From an uncultured Verrucomicrobiales bacterium (GTDB taxonomy: Bacteria; Verrucomicrobiota; Verrucomicrobiia; JADLBR01; JAIBCM01): DNA of 64,000 nucleotides. Shown in pieces: positions 9,273 to 17,863 of this stretch. The DNA lies in assembly GCA_964435495.1 (NCBI GenBank), contig CAYSZK010000003.1, positions 2,870 to 66,869 on the forward strand, read 5' to 3'. The position numbers were made by a program, and so were the translations under genes. The notes under the pieces were generated by a model. It was not told the origin of the DNA and did not search any database. It saw nothing but the letters and a program-made list of their open reading frames with translations. How positions within the stretch are numbered: the stretch's first letter is position 1; the number at the start of each line of letters is the position of its first letter.

Positions 9273-9662
9273 TCAGGCCAGACGAGCACGGCCGAACTCA
9301 ACAATCTCACCGGCACAGGTGATCGCCTCCCTGCTTTGCAGTGCGCCGTAGTGCTCGAACGGGGGGCCTTCGGGATGCCCGTAGGCGTAGCGGGGCGCGA
9401 TGTAATAGGCGTCCAGGACCCGCGCCTTGTCCAGAAGCTCGCCACCCGCGGCGAGGGCGGCGGGCAGGTCCGCGAGCAGGCGCGCGACGACGTGTCCCCA
9501 AGCCTCCTGGCCGCGATTCAAGTGAAGGGCCTTCACCGCCTTTTCAGCGGCTTGCTGGGAGGCGAAGCAGGCCCATTCGTGGCGTCCGGAAGCCGCCGAA
9601 TCGCGGGCTTGCTCCAAATCGCGTTCCGCTTGGCGGAACCAGTCTGTGTCGCGATTGGCCAT
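9273..9662 (-). CDS. HEPN domain-containing protein
   Basis: MANRDTDWFRQAERDLEQA...AAEKAVKALHL...YIAPRYAY is a typical HEPN (COG2250-like) layout. The ATG at 9662 is supported by reverse-complement reading. Confidence 0.65.
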   Translation of the reverse strand: MANRDTDWFRQAERDLEQARDSAASGRHEWACFASQQAAEKAVKALHLNRGQEAWGHVVARLLADLPAALAAGGELLDKARVLDAYYIAPRYAYGHPEGPPFEHYGALQSREAITCAGEIVEFGRARLA

Positions 9663-9721
9663 GGGGGATGGTCGACAGTAAGCGGGCGGTTCCCCGCGGT
9701 CAAGATGAGCTGCCGGGGGCT

Positions 9722-10025
9722 CCAGTGTCCTGTTCATTAAATATGGGGGCAAAATCTGCGAGACAAAATGGCGCGAAACGAGGCGTGCCGAGGGGAGTGG
9801 ATCGGATGGATCCTCGACCTGAGGCACAACGAAGTGTCGCGTCATTTGGGCCGCAGCCCTCCGGCGGCAGCCTCCGGGCGACAGCCCTTCGGGTCGTGGT
9901 TCTTTTGGCCTGGGGCCGCGTTGCTCGTCGGTCACAGATCGCCACGGATAGGCTCCCTCCTCGCGCCTTGCCCCAGGCCAAAATCCCTCACGAATTTTGC
10001 CCCCATATTTAATGAGCAGGACACT
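9722..10025. mobile_element. MITE-like element with 32-bp terminal inverted repeats and no coding capacity
   Basis: Left TIR is AGTGTCCTGTTCATTAAATATGGGGGCAAAAT (9723-9754). Right TIR is ATTTTGCCCCCATATTTAATGAGCAGGACACT (9994-10025), with 1 mismatch. There is an inner inverted pair TTTTGGCCTGGGGC / GCCCCAGGCCAAAA. The TIRs are locally AT-richer than the flanks. Confidence 0.5.
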
Positions 10026-10256
10026 AGCAACTGGCATCTCGCTGCGCGGACCGGATTTCCCGGCGCGAGGCGGCAGGTGTCAAGGTCAAGGACTGATACC
10101 CCAGGGGTCCTGAATGGCGCTTAGCCTCACCGCGACGGTGGCGCACTGAACCCGACGAGGAACGCCGAACACCCGCGCGACACAAAGGCGCCAGGGCTCG
10201 ATTGGGGAATTCCCACAGTGCCGTTGCACCTGAATCGCGGGGGGCTTGGCAGTGCC

Positions 10257-11537
10257 TCAGGCGTAGCAGTCCCCAAACAGGCCCTCGGCCCATCGGAACA
10301 TATCGACGTAGTTCTCCGAGTTGGCTGCGTCCGCCTCACCAAAGGACTCCGCGACGCGGACCATCGCCTTGGCCACACCATCATACTGGTAGGTTGCGGT
10401 CAGCCACGACGCCGACTTGGACGTGATGGGGCTGTAGCACGCCGACATCGTCGTAGGGGAAGGATCGGGCGGATTCCCGCCTATCCACCGAAGAATCGCG
10501 TCCGCGCAGACTTTGGCTTGGGAATTCGCCATCGTACCGGACTTCGGCTGGCCCGTCGCCTGCGAATCACCGAGGACATGCACCCCGGGAACGCGCAAGG
10601 ACTCATAGGAAAGGGGATCAACCGCCGCCCAGCGGGCGCCATTCGCCGTGTCCACCAGCCCGGCGTCGAACACAATCCGGCCCGCCTTATGCTCCGGGAT
10701 GAAGTTGACGACGGCGCCGTTGAAGGTGCCGGCTTCCGTCACAAGGGAACGGCCGGAGGAATCCACGGCGGTTACAGGCGTGCCAGGCCGGTAATCGACG
10801 ATTCCCTTGAATGTCTTGGAAAACGCCTTGCTGAAGGTTTCCGGTTCCGCCTGGATCGAGGGGTTGGCATCCAGCACCACGACCTTGCCGCCAAGTTTCT
10901 TGCGCTTGATATAATCCGCCACAACGCACGCCCGCTCGTAAGGTCCGGGCGGGCAGCGATACGGCGCCTTGGGGATGTTCATGAGGAATGTCTTCTTCTT
11001 CTTCATCCCGGCGAGCATTTTGCGGAGCAATTGGGTCTGGTCCCCGGCAATCCACGCGTGGGGAGTCAGCAGTGGGTCGTAGCTTCCCGCCGGAGTGACA
11101 AAATCGACCCCGGGGGATAGCACAACCCGGTCACAGGACAGCATCCTGCTTCCGCCCGCCGTCTCCACCGTAACCGACATGGGATTGGTGCCGACCGCAA
11201 CAGCCCGGCCTTGGACGAATTCAACACCATGCACCGACTGCAGCGATGCGAAACTCATCTGGATATCCGGGAGGTCCATCACCTTGGCTACCACGAGGTT
11301 CGAGAGGATGCAGGAGTAATGGAACGGGTTGGTGTCCACCAGCGTCACCGAGACGGCCTTGCCGCCCCACACCTTGAGATACTTTGCCACCGTCGCTCCG
11401 CCAAAACCTCCGCCGACGACCACCACGCGTGGCGGCAACGACTGGGCGCGAGCCCTGCGCGGCCAGCCGGTGCAAACCGCGCCGGCTCCCGCCGCGCCAA
11501 TCCATTTTACAAAACTTCTACGATCCATGTGCTTCAT
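10257..11537 (-). CDS. fccB: Flavocytochrome c sulfide dehydrogenase, flavoprotein subunit
   Basis: Tat signal (RRSFVKWIGAAGAGAV). FAD-binding GGGFGG motif. The ATG at 11537 has a GGGAGA ribosome-binding site 8 nt upstream. Similarity across the full length. Confidence 0.8.
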   Translation of the reverse strand: MKHMDRRSFVKWIGAAGAGAVCTGWPRRARAQSLPPRVVVVGGGFGGATVAKYLKVWGGKAVSVTLVDTNPFHYSCILSNLVVAKVMDLPDIQMSFASLQSVHGVEFVQGRAVAVGTNPMSVTVETAGGSRMLSCDRVVLSPGVDFVTPAGSYDPLLTPHAWIAGDQTQLLRKMLAGMKKKKTFLMNIPKAPYRCPPGPYERACVVADYIKRKKLGGKVVVLDANPSIQAEPETFSKAFSKTFKGIVDYRPGTPVTAVDSSGRSLVTEAGTFNGAVVNFIPEHKAGRIVFDAGLVDTANGARWAAVDPLSYESLRVPGVHVLGDSQATGQPKSGTMANSQAKVCADAILRWIGGNPPDPSPTTMSACYSPITSKSASWLTATYQYDGVAKAMVRVAESFGEADAANSENYVDMFRWAEGLFGDCYA

Positions 11538-11565
11538 TTTGCCATCTCCCTTTCGATCGGAATTC

Positions 11566-11916
11566 TCAGTCATCGTCGTCTTCATCTCCACCGCCCAAGG
11601 ATGCCAGGTAGGTCGAGATCGCGAGCAATTGCTGGTCGGAGTATCCCCTCGCCTGGAGGTCCATGATAGAGTCCACTTCCTTGCGCCGCTTCATCTCGAG
11701 CAGTTCCCGGTACAACTCCGACGCGCCCTCCCCGGTGATCGACTCGAAGCCCCGCCCCTTGCTCGCGGGCCCGGCGTGGCACTGGAAGCACGACGCCGCC
11801 ATCAGCCGCCCCGCCGGGGGCGGCGGATCCGCCGCCCCCAAGTGGGGCACGAACACAGCCATCACCATGCCGCCCGCCAGGACGGCCCCGCTCACCGCAT
11901 GAATTCGACGTTTCAC
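11566..11916 (-). CDS. fccA: Flavocytochrome c sulfide dehydrogenase, monoheme cytochrome c subunit
   Basis: Signal peptide plus a single CFQCH heme-binding motif. It lies directly upstream of fccB. The acidic C-terminal tail is DEDDDD. Confidence 0.7.
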   Translation of the reverse strand: MKRRIHAVSGAVLAGGMVMAVFVPHLGAADPPPPAGRLMAASCFQCHAGPASKGRGFESITGEGASELYRELLEMKRRKEVDSIMDLQARGYSDQQLLAISTYLASLGGGDEDDDD

Positions 11917-11981
11917 GCTCCCAGGATGGCATAACCACGATCAGTTTGCATTAATCCTGTATTAAAAATCGTTAATCGTCT

Positions 11982-12731
11982 ATGCGCGGCATCGCGAGTC
12001 CGGCGTTCCATGGTGTTGCAAGGCGGTATCCCCCGGGCCATTGTGCCCTTGTGCGAATTCTTCTCGCTGAGGATGACCCGAAGGTTGCCCGATGGGTTCG
12101 GATTGCGCTGGTTGCGGAGGGGATGGTGGTTGACCACGTCAAGGATGGCCTGCTTGCGGCCACGGCGGCTTCCTCCACTGAGTATGACGCCGCCATCTTT
12201 GACGTGATGATGCCCGGCTTGGACGGCTTGGCCCTCTTGCGCCGCCTCCGAGACTCCGGTTCCTCTCTTCCTGTCATCCTCGTGTCCGCGCGCGGCGCTG
12301 TGGACGAGCGGGTTGCGGGTCTTGACGCCGGCGCCGACGACTATCTCGCCAAGCCGTTTGCCATCGCGGAACTCACCGCGCGGGTGCGCGCCCTCGCGCG
12401 CCGGAAGGCGCCCCTCCATACGGGGATGCTCCGGGTTGGCGACCTCGAACTTGACGCGGCCAAGCGGATCGTGCGCCGCGGCGGCCATGAGGAGAACCTG
12501 ACCTCCCGCGAGTTTGCCATTTTGGAGTGCCTCATGCGCCAGGCGGGCAGAATCTGCAGCCGCCCGTGGATCCTTGAACGCGTCTGGGATTTCCACTTCG
12601 ATCCAGGCTCGAATATCGTGGACGTGTACGTGAGCAAGCTGCGCGAGAAGATCGACCGTCCGGGAATGCCCCGCCTTATCCACAGTGTCCGCGGCAGCGG
12701 GTATGTGGTCCAGGAGAAACCCCCGAAGTGA
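11982..12731 (+). CDS. OmpR-family response regulator
   Basis: Receiver domain (LLAEDD...D...) followed by a winged-helix trans_reg_C region (REFAILECLMRQAGRICSR...YVSKLREKI). An alternative GTG start at 12051 removes a 23-aa extension. Confidence 0.85.
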   Translation: MRGIASPAFHGVARRYPPGHCALVRILLAEDDPKVARWVRIALVAEGMVVDHVKDGLLAATAASSTEYDAAIFDVMMPGLDGLALLRRLRDSGSSLPVILVSARGAVDERVAGLDAGADDYLAKPFAIAELTARVRALARRKAPLHTGMLRVGDLELDAAKRIVRRGGHEENLTSREFAILECLMRQAGRICSRPWILERVWDFHFDPGSNIVDVYVSKLREKIDRPGMPRLIHSVRGSGYVVQEKPPK

Positions 12732-13801
12732 AGCTCAAAACCCAGATCGGGGCCGGTTATGCGGGAATCGCGCTCATCTGCCTCATGCTTCTCGCCGTGA
12801 TTGGGTACCACGAGTTTGTCGAAGAACCGAAGCATTACGGCGCCACAACGCTTTTCCACGCCAACGAACCGCACCTGACAGAGTTCGCCGAGGTCTCCAT
12901 GTACGCCGTCATTCCGCTCGTCCTGCTTTTCGGTTGGTTTTTCATTCGCCACCAGATCCAACCGCTGGATGCGGCCGCGCGCACGGTGGACGCCTGGAAC
13001 GCAGGCAAACCCCTCCCCCGGCTTTCGCGGAAGCGTTCGTTTGACGAACTGGACCGCCTCGTCTCCGCCCTCAACGGCGCTGCGGAACGCCTCGAAATCG
13101 CTTTCGCCCAACTCCATGAATTCACCTTGAACGCCTCCCACGAGATCAAGACGCCGCTCGCGGTCCTTCGCGGCCAGATTGAGGAGGAGTTGCGCGAGGG
13201 ATATGCTCCCGCCCGTGCCAGCCGCCTTGAGGGCCAACTCGAAGAGATCGATCACATCGCCCGAGTCCTCGATCATCTCTCCCTTCTGGCCCGTGCCGAG
13301 ACCGGGACTCTTCAACTCCAAAAGACCGGTGTTTGCATGGCCGGGCTCCTCGCCGAACTTGTCGAGGACCTGCAGGTTCTCGGCAGTGCCAAGAAACTCT
13401 CGGTCTCATTCGATGGCGCCCCCGCCGCCAGCATCTCCTGCGACCGCGACCGCATCCGCCAAGTCCTTCTCATCCTCGGTGACAACGCCGTGAAGTATAC
13501 GCCGCCGGGCGGATGGATCCGTATCGGCGCGGCCATGGCACCCACTGGCGTCACCTTTTGGATTTGGAATCAGGGTGAAAACCCCTCCCCGGAAGAGGCC
13601 GAGCGCCTCTTCCTCCGCTTCGTAAGGGGCCGTTCCGAGTCTCGCGCTGTGGACGGCCTCGGCTTGGGCCTGAGCATCGCGAGATCGATTGTCGAGGCCC
13701 ACGGCGGCGGCATCCATTTCGACCCCAGCCCCGGAGAGGGGGTTCGAGTCCTCGTGCTGCTCCCAAGCACCCATACGGGCCAGATATGTGCCCGCAGATG
13801 A
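12728..13801 (+). CDS. Sensor histidine kinase
   Basis: Two N-terminal TM helices, a HisKA H-box (NASHEIKTPLAVLRG) and a HATPase_c region (GLGLGLSIARSIVEAHGG). The GTG start overlaps the regulator's stop by 4 bp. Confidence 0.8.
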   Translation: MKLKTQIGAGYAGIALICLMLLAVIGYHEFVEEPKHYGATTLFHANEPHLTEFAEVSMYAVIPLVLLFGWFFIRHQIQPLDAAARTVDAWNAGKPLPRLSRKRSFDELDRLVSALNGAAERLEIAFAQLHEFTLNASHEIKTPLAVLRGQIEEELREGYAPARASRLEGQLEEIDHIARVLDHLSLLARAETGTLQLQKTGVCMAGLLAELVEDLQVLGSAKKLSVSFDGAPAASISCDRDRIRQVLLILGDNAVKYTPPGGWIRIGAAMAPTGVTFWIWNQGENPSPEEAERLFLRFVRGRSESRAVDGLGLGLSIARSIVEAHGGGIHFDPSPGEGVRVLVLLPSTHTGQICARR

Positions 13802-13964
13802 ACCGGTATCGCCGTCCAACGCGCTCTCCCGGATTTCGGTGCTCTGGAAGCGGGGAACGGCCACAGAGCCACGAGGGGCAGGGAAGCCAAGCCTGAAGGC
13901 CAACAGACTCTGGGTTGGCCGCGGGGTTGGCGCCCCGGCCGCACAAAGGGGGGGGCGCTCCGCG

Positions 13965-14570
13965 CTACCCGGCGGCTTGTTTTTGCGGCGTGCCGGGGGC
14001 CAGGGTGGCGCGCACTTTTTTGAGGGCGCGTTGGGCGCGTTTTTTGGCGGCCTCCTCGGTGACGCCGGTGAGGGCGGCGACTTCCCGGAGCGGCAGGCCG
14101 TGGAGATAATGGAGGATCAAGACTTCCTGGTCGCCGGGTGGCAGGACGGCGAGGAGCGCCGCGGCATCGCGCCCGTCCGGCGTGGGAGCGGGCGCGGCAT
14201 CGGTGGTGGCGGCGGTGGCGGCGAAGAGATCGAGGCGCGCCCAATGGCGCAGGCGGCGGCGGGCGGCGTCGGTGATGGAGTTGCGAAGAATGGTGTAGAA
14301 CCACGCGGCGAACGGGCGCGCGGGGTCGTACCGCCGGCGCTCGCGAAAGACGCGGAGGAAGGTTTCCTGGACGACGTCCTGGGCGAGGGCGTCGTCGCGG
14401 AGCCGGGACCTGGCCAGGGCGAGGGCGGGCGGGTAATAGCGGCGGGCGAGGGCGTCGAAGGCGGCGTCATCGTCGTGGGATGCGATTCGGGCCATCAGCA
14501 GCGCGTCATTGGCGGCCGGGGCGCCATCCGGGGCGGGGAAGGCGATGATGTTTTGCTCCGGGGCGTGCAT
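13965..14570 (-). CDS. ECF-type RNA polymerase sigma-70 factor
   Basis: Sigma region 2 (VVQETFLRVFRERRRYDP...FAAWFYTILRN) and region 4 (LPPGDQEVLILHYLHGLPLREVAALTG). The start could be 14570 (MHAPEQ) or 14495 (MARIASH). Confidence 0.8.
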   Translation of the reverse strand: MHAPEQNIIAFPAPDGAPAANDALLMARIASHDDDAAFDALARRYYPPALALARSRLRDDALAQDVVQETFLRVFRERRRYDPARPFAAWFYTILRNSITDAARRRLRHWARLDLFAATAATTDAAPAPTPDGRDAAALLAVLPPGDQEVLILHYLHGLPLREVAALTGVTEEAAKKRAQRALKKVRATLAPGTPQKQAAG

Positions 14571-14647
14571 GGCGAGGACAGATTCGCAGAGAATGGCGGG
14601 GATTTCCAAGGGGAATATGTGGTTTGGTGGTCCGACTTTGGTGGGGG

Positions 14648-14725
14648 GCGTGGAAGCGGCCCCGCCACTTCCTTGCGGAGACCCCATTTATTGACGGAAC
14701 AACCTGAAGTGGCGGGGGCCGTGGC
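14648..14725. repeat. Copy C (inverted) of the stem-loop repeat
   Basis: Same stem arms as copies A and B, with the loop sequence reverse-complemented (TTGCGGAGACCCCATTTATTGACGGAACAACC). It sits between the LacI stop (14744) and the ECF sigma start. Confidence 0.8.
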
Positions 14726-14743
14726 CGGACGGGGAAAGCGGTA

Positions 14744-15817
14744 TTACGCTGGCTTCGGGGGCGCGGTGGAATCACGGACGACGAGTTTGCCTTCGAACGT
14801 GCGGGAGGGGAGCGGGGTTTCGGGGTCCTGGATGCGCTGCATGAGCATGTCGGCGGCGACGCGGCCCATTTCGTAGAAGTCGATGGCCATGGTGGTGAGG
14901 GGCGGGCTCATGTGATCGGCGAGGACCATGTCGTCGAAGCTGACGATGGAGACATCCTCCGGGACGCGGATGCCGAAGCCTTTAAGGAAATGGAGGAGGC
15001 GGATGGCGACGGGGTCGGAGGATGCGACGATGGCGGTGGGTTTGAGGTCGGCGATGAGGGCGGTGCGGAGGTACTCGGCGACTTCCTGGGTGCGCTCGGG
15101 CGGTTCGTTCTTGAAGGGGACGAGCAGGTGGCGGGACATGAGAAAGAGGACGGGGAGCCCGGCCTCCTCCATGGCGGCGCGGAAGCCGCGGACGCGGTGG
15201 AAGAGCGACTGGTGCTCGACGTAGTTGCCGACGAAGACGATCTGTTTATGGCCGAGATCGAGGAGATGGCGGGCCGCGGCCTTGCCGGTGTTAAAGTCCT
15301 CGACATAGACGGCGTTTTGTTTGGCGGAGGCGTTGAAGATGATATAGGGGATGCCGGCTTCGCCGATGCTTTTCACGACCTCGCGGTCGTCCACGTCGAT
15401 GACGACGCCGTCCACGCCGTGTTCGCGGAGGTAGCGGGGGCGGGAGGCGACATCGCTCCAGCCGCCGGGGTCTTTGAGAAGGACGAGGTGCCACTCGCGT
15501 TCGGCGAGATATTCGTTGAGGCCGAGGAGGGCGGGGAACTGGGGGATGGGCAGGCGCGGGTTGGACGGATCGTAATTGAGGACGAAACCGACCTGTTTGA
15601 AGAGATGGTGGCGGAGCGCGCGGGCGCCGGAGTTGACGCGGTAATTGAGGCGCGCGGCGACTTCCAGGACGCGGCGGCGTGTGGCCTCGCTGACCTTGAT
15701 CGTGCTGGGGCGGGGGTTCAGGGCGAGGGAGACGGCGGCCGGGCTGAGCTTGAGCTCGTTGGCCAGATCAATAATGGTGACCCGGCCGGAGCGCGGTTTG
15801 GAACGCGGTTTAGGCAT
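14744..15817 (-). CDS. LacI-family transcriptional regulator
   Basis: N-terminal HTH (TIIDLANELKLSPAAVSLALN) plus a periplasmic-binding-like sugar-binding domain, 357 aa in all. I confirmed the ATG at 15817. The 1476-aa ORF in the track is an artefactual extension. Confidence 0.85.
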   Translation of the reverse strand: MPKPRSKPRSGRVTIIDLANELKLSPAAVSLALNPRPSTIKVSEATRRRVLEVAARLNYRVNSGARALRHHLFKQVGFVLNYDPSNPRLPIPQFPALLGLNEYLAEREWHLVLLKDPGGWSDVASRPRYLREHGVDGVVIDVDDREVVKSIGEAGIPYIIFNASAKQNAVYVEDFNTGKAAARHLLDLGHKQIVFVGNYVEHQSLFHRVRGFRAAMEEAGLPVLFLMSRHLLVPFKNEPPERTQEVAEYLRTALIADLKPTAIVASSDPVAIRLLHFLKGFGIRVPEDVSIVSFDDMVLADHMSPPLTTMAIDFYEMGRVAADMLMQRIQDPETPLPSRTFEGKLVVRDSTAPPKPA

Positions 15818-15974
15818 AATTGGCCTCCTAGCCAAAGAATTGGCCGCGTCAATATAATTTATCCGGGTGGGGGTATGAGCATGGTTGAGGCGGCGCACGA
15901 GCCAGTGCGATCCGCGCAAAGGGCGCCCAGGCAGCCCGCGACCAGCCTGGATCGTAATGGCTTGCGAGGCGGCG

Positions 15975-16328
15975 CTATTTGCGGGCTTCGTCGAGAAGCT
16001 TCCAAAAGCCGGGCTCATTTTCGAGGGCCTCGTCCTCGCCGACGGGGAGGCTGGTGCGGAAGAGGAAGTCCTTGAGGGTGTTTTTGTGGAGGACGCGGTC
16101 AATGACGAGGCCCTGGCCGGTTTTGCGGAAATAGAGGCGGTAGTCGCGGGCGCGGAAGCGGTAATAGACGCGGTTGTCGCGTTCGAGGCGTCCGAAGCGG
16201 TCGGAGTCGTGTTTGGGATCGAAATCCTCGGGGAGGAGATGGAACTCGCTGAGAATCTCGAGCTGGAGTTCCTTGGGCATGCGGGCCATTTCGGCGGCGC
16301 TGAGGTCATTGAAGATGATCTGGAACAC
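15975..16328 (-). CDS. ParE/RelE-family type II toxin-like protein
   Basis: VFQIIFNDLSAAEMARMPKELQLEILSEF...YYRFRARDYRLYFRKTGQGLVIDRVLHKN matches the ParE/RelE fold signature (F-x-x-x-A-x-x-D...DYRIIY...HRK). The start is GTG at 16328. Confidence 0.55.
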   Translation of the reverse strand: MFQIIFNDLSAAEMARMPKELQLEILSEFHLLPEDFDPKHDSDRFGRLERDNRVYYRFRARDYRLYFRKTGQGLVIDRVLHKNTLKDFLFRTSLPVGEDEALENEPGFWKLLDEARK

Positions 16329-16429
16329 GGGGCGGAGTGTAGCGCGAAAGGGGCGCGCGGGCGAGGAAAAGCTTGGCGGCCTGGATTTCGGGCTCGTCGG
16401 ATGGGCGGCGGGGCGGGTAGTGTGCGGGG

Positions 16430-17722
16430 ATGAGCGCGACGGCACGATTGGAGATTGGCGGCAAGGGCCTGGACTTGCCGGTGGTGGCGGGGAGCGAAGG
16501 GGAGCGGGCGCTGGACATCGCGAAGCTTCGGGACGCGACCGGCTGCATCACGCTGGACGAGGGGTACGGGAACACGGGATCGTGCGAGAGCGCGATCACG
16601 TTCATTGACGGGGAGAAGGGGATTCTGCGGTACCGCGGGATACCGATAGAGGAGCTTGCGGAGCAATCGACGTTCATCGAGACGGCCTACCTGATCATCC
16701 ATGGGCGCCTTCCGACGAGCGCGGAGCTGCGCGGGTTCTCGGATTTGCTGACGGACAACGAGCTGCTGCACGAGGACATGAAGTTCCATTTCGAGGGGTT
16801 CCCGCCCAACGCGCATCCGATGGCGATCCTGTCGTCGATGATCAACGCGGCGGCCTGTTTTCATCCGGGCCTGCTGGAGGGGTACAACCCGGCCCGGTTC
16901 AACCTGCAGGCGGCGCGGCTGCTGTCGAAAGTGCGGACCATCGCGGCGTTCGCCTACCGGAAGTCGCGCGGGCTTCCGATCATCTACCCGCATCCGACCT
17001 ACAAGTACACGGCGAACTTCCTGCACATGATGTTTTCGCTGCCGTACGCGGACTACGAATTGAAGCCGGAGGTGGTGAAGGCGCTGGACCTGATCTTTCT
17101 CCTGCACGCCGACCACGAGCAGAACTGTTCGACGGCGACGGTGCGGATGGTGGCGTCGAGCCGGGCGAACCTGTTCGCGTCGGCGGCGGCGGGGGTGTGC
17201 GCGTTGTGGGGGCCGCTGCACGGCGGGGCGAACCAGGCGGTGCTGGAGATGCTCGAACAGATCGCGCAGGACCGCGACGACGGCTCGCGGTTTTTGGCGC
17301 AGGTGAAGGACAAGGCGGGCGGCAAGCGGCTGATGGGCTTCGGGCACCGGGTGTACAAGCATTACGATCCGCGGGCGGCGATCATCAAGAAGCGGTGCGA
17401 CGCCCTGCTGGCGGTGTTGAACCGGACGGACCCGCTGCTGGACATTGCGCGCAAGCTGGAGGAGGTGGCGCTGCACGACTCCTATTTTGTGGAGCGGAAA
17501 CTGTATCCGAACGTGGACTTTTACAGCGGGATCATGATGCGCGCGATTGGGATTCCGGTCGAGATGTTCACGGTGATCTTCGCCATCGGGCGGATGCCGG
17601 GGTGGATCGCCAATTACCGGGAGGTCCTGGACAACCCGCACGGGCGTATCTACCGGCCGCGGCAGATTTATACCGGGCCCGCGTTGGGGCATTACGTGCC
17701 GATTGCCAAAAGGTCCGGGTAA
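16430..17722 (+). CDS. gltA: Citrate synthase
   Basis: Full-length match to type II citrate synthases, including GFGHRVYK and the active-site His/Asp context. Confidence 0.9.
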   Translation: MSATARLEIGGKGLDLPVVAGSEGERALDIAKLRDATGCITLDEGYGNTGSCESAITFIDGEKGILRYRGIPIEELAEQSTFIETAYLIIHGRLPTSAELRGFSDLLTDNELLHEDMKFHFEGFPPNAHPMAILSSMINAAACFHPGLLEGYNPARFNLQAARLLSKVRTIAAFAYRKSRGLPIIYPHPTYKYTANFLHMMFSLPYADYELKPEVVKALDLIFLLHADHEQNCSTATVRMVASSRANLFASAAAGVCALWGPLHGGANQAVLEMLEQIAQDRDDGSRFLAQVKDKAGGKRLMGFGHRVYKHYDPRAAIIKKRCDALLAVLNRTDPLLDIARKLEEVALHDSYFVERKLYPNVDFYSGIMMRAIGIPVEMFTVIFAIGRMPGWIANYREVLDNPHGRIYRPRQIYTGPALGHYVPIAKRSG

Positions 17723-17863
17723 CGAGGCGGAAGGCGCGCCGCGCCCGCCGGTTGCGGCGGAGACCCCCGGACCGACAGCGGCGGACAGGGTGACGGAGTG
17801 ACGGAGTGTTCCGAAACGGCAAGTTCTTGACTGGGGCATGCCGCCGCGTAAGCTGGAAGTTTT

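Noticed and set aside
8571-9740. 389-aa plus-strand ORF spanning the repeat, the small membrane-protein ORF and the HEPN gene
   Set aside because: It is antisense to the HEPN gene. Its composition is G/R/A-rich with no motifs.
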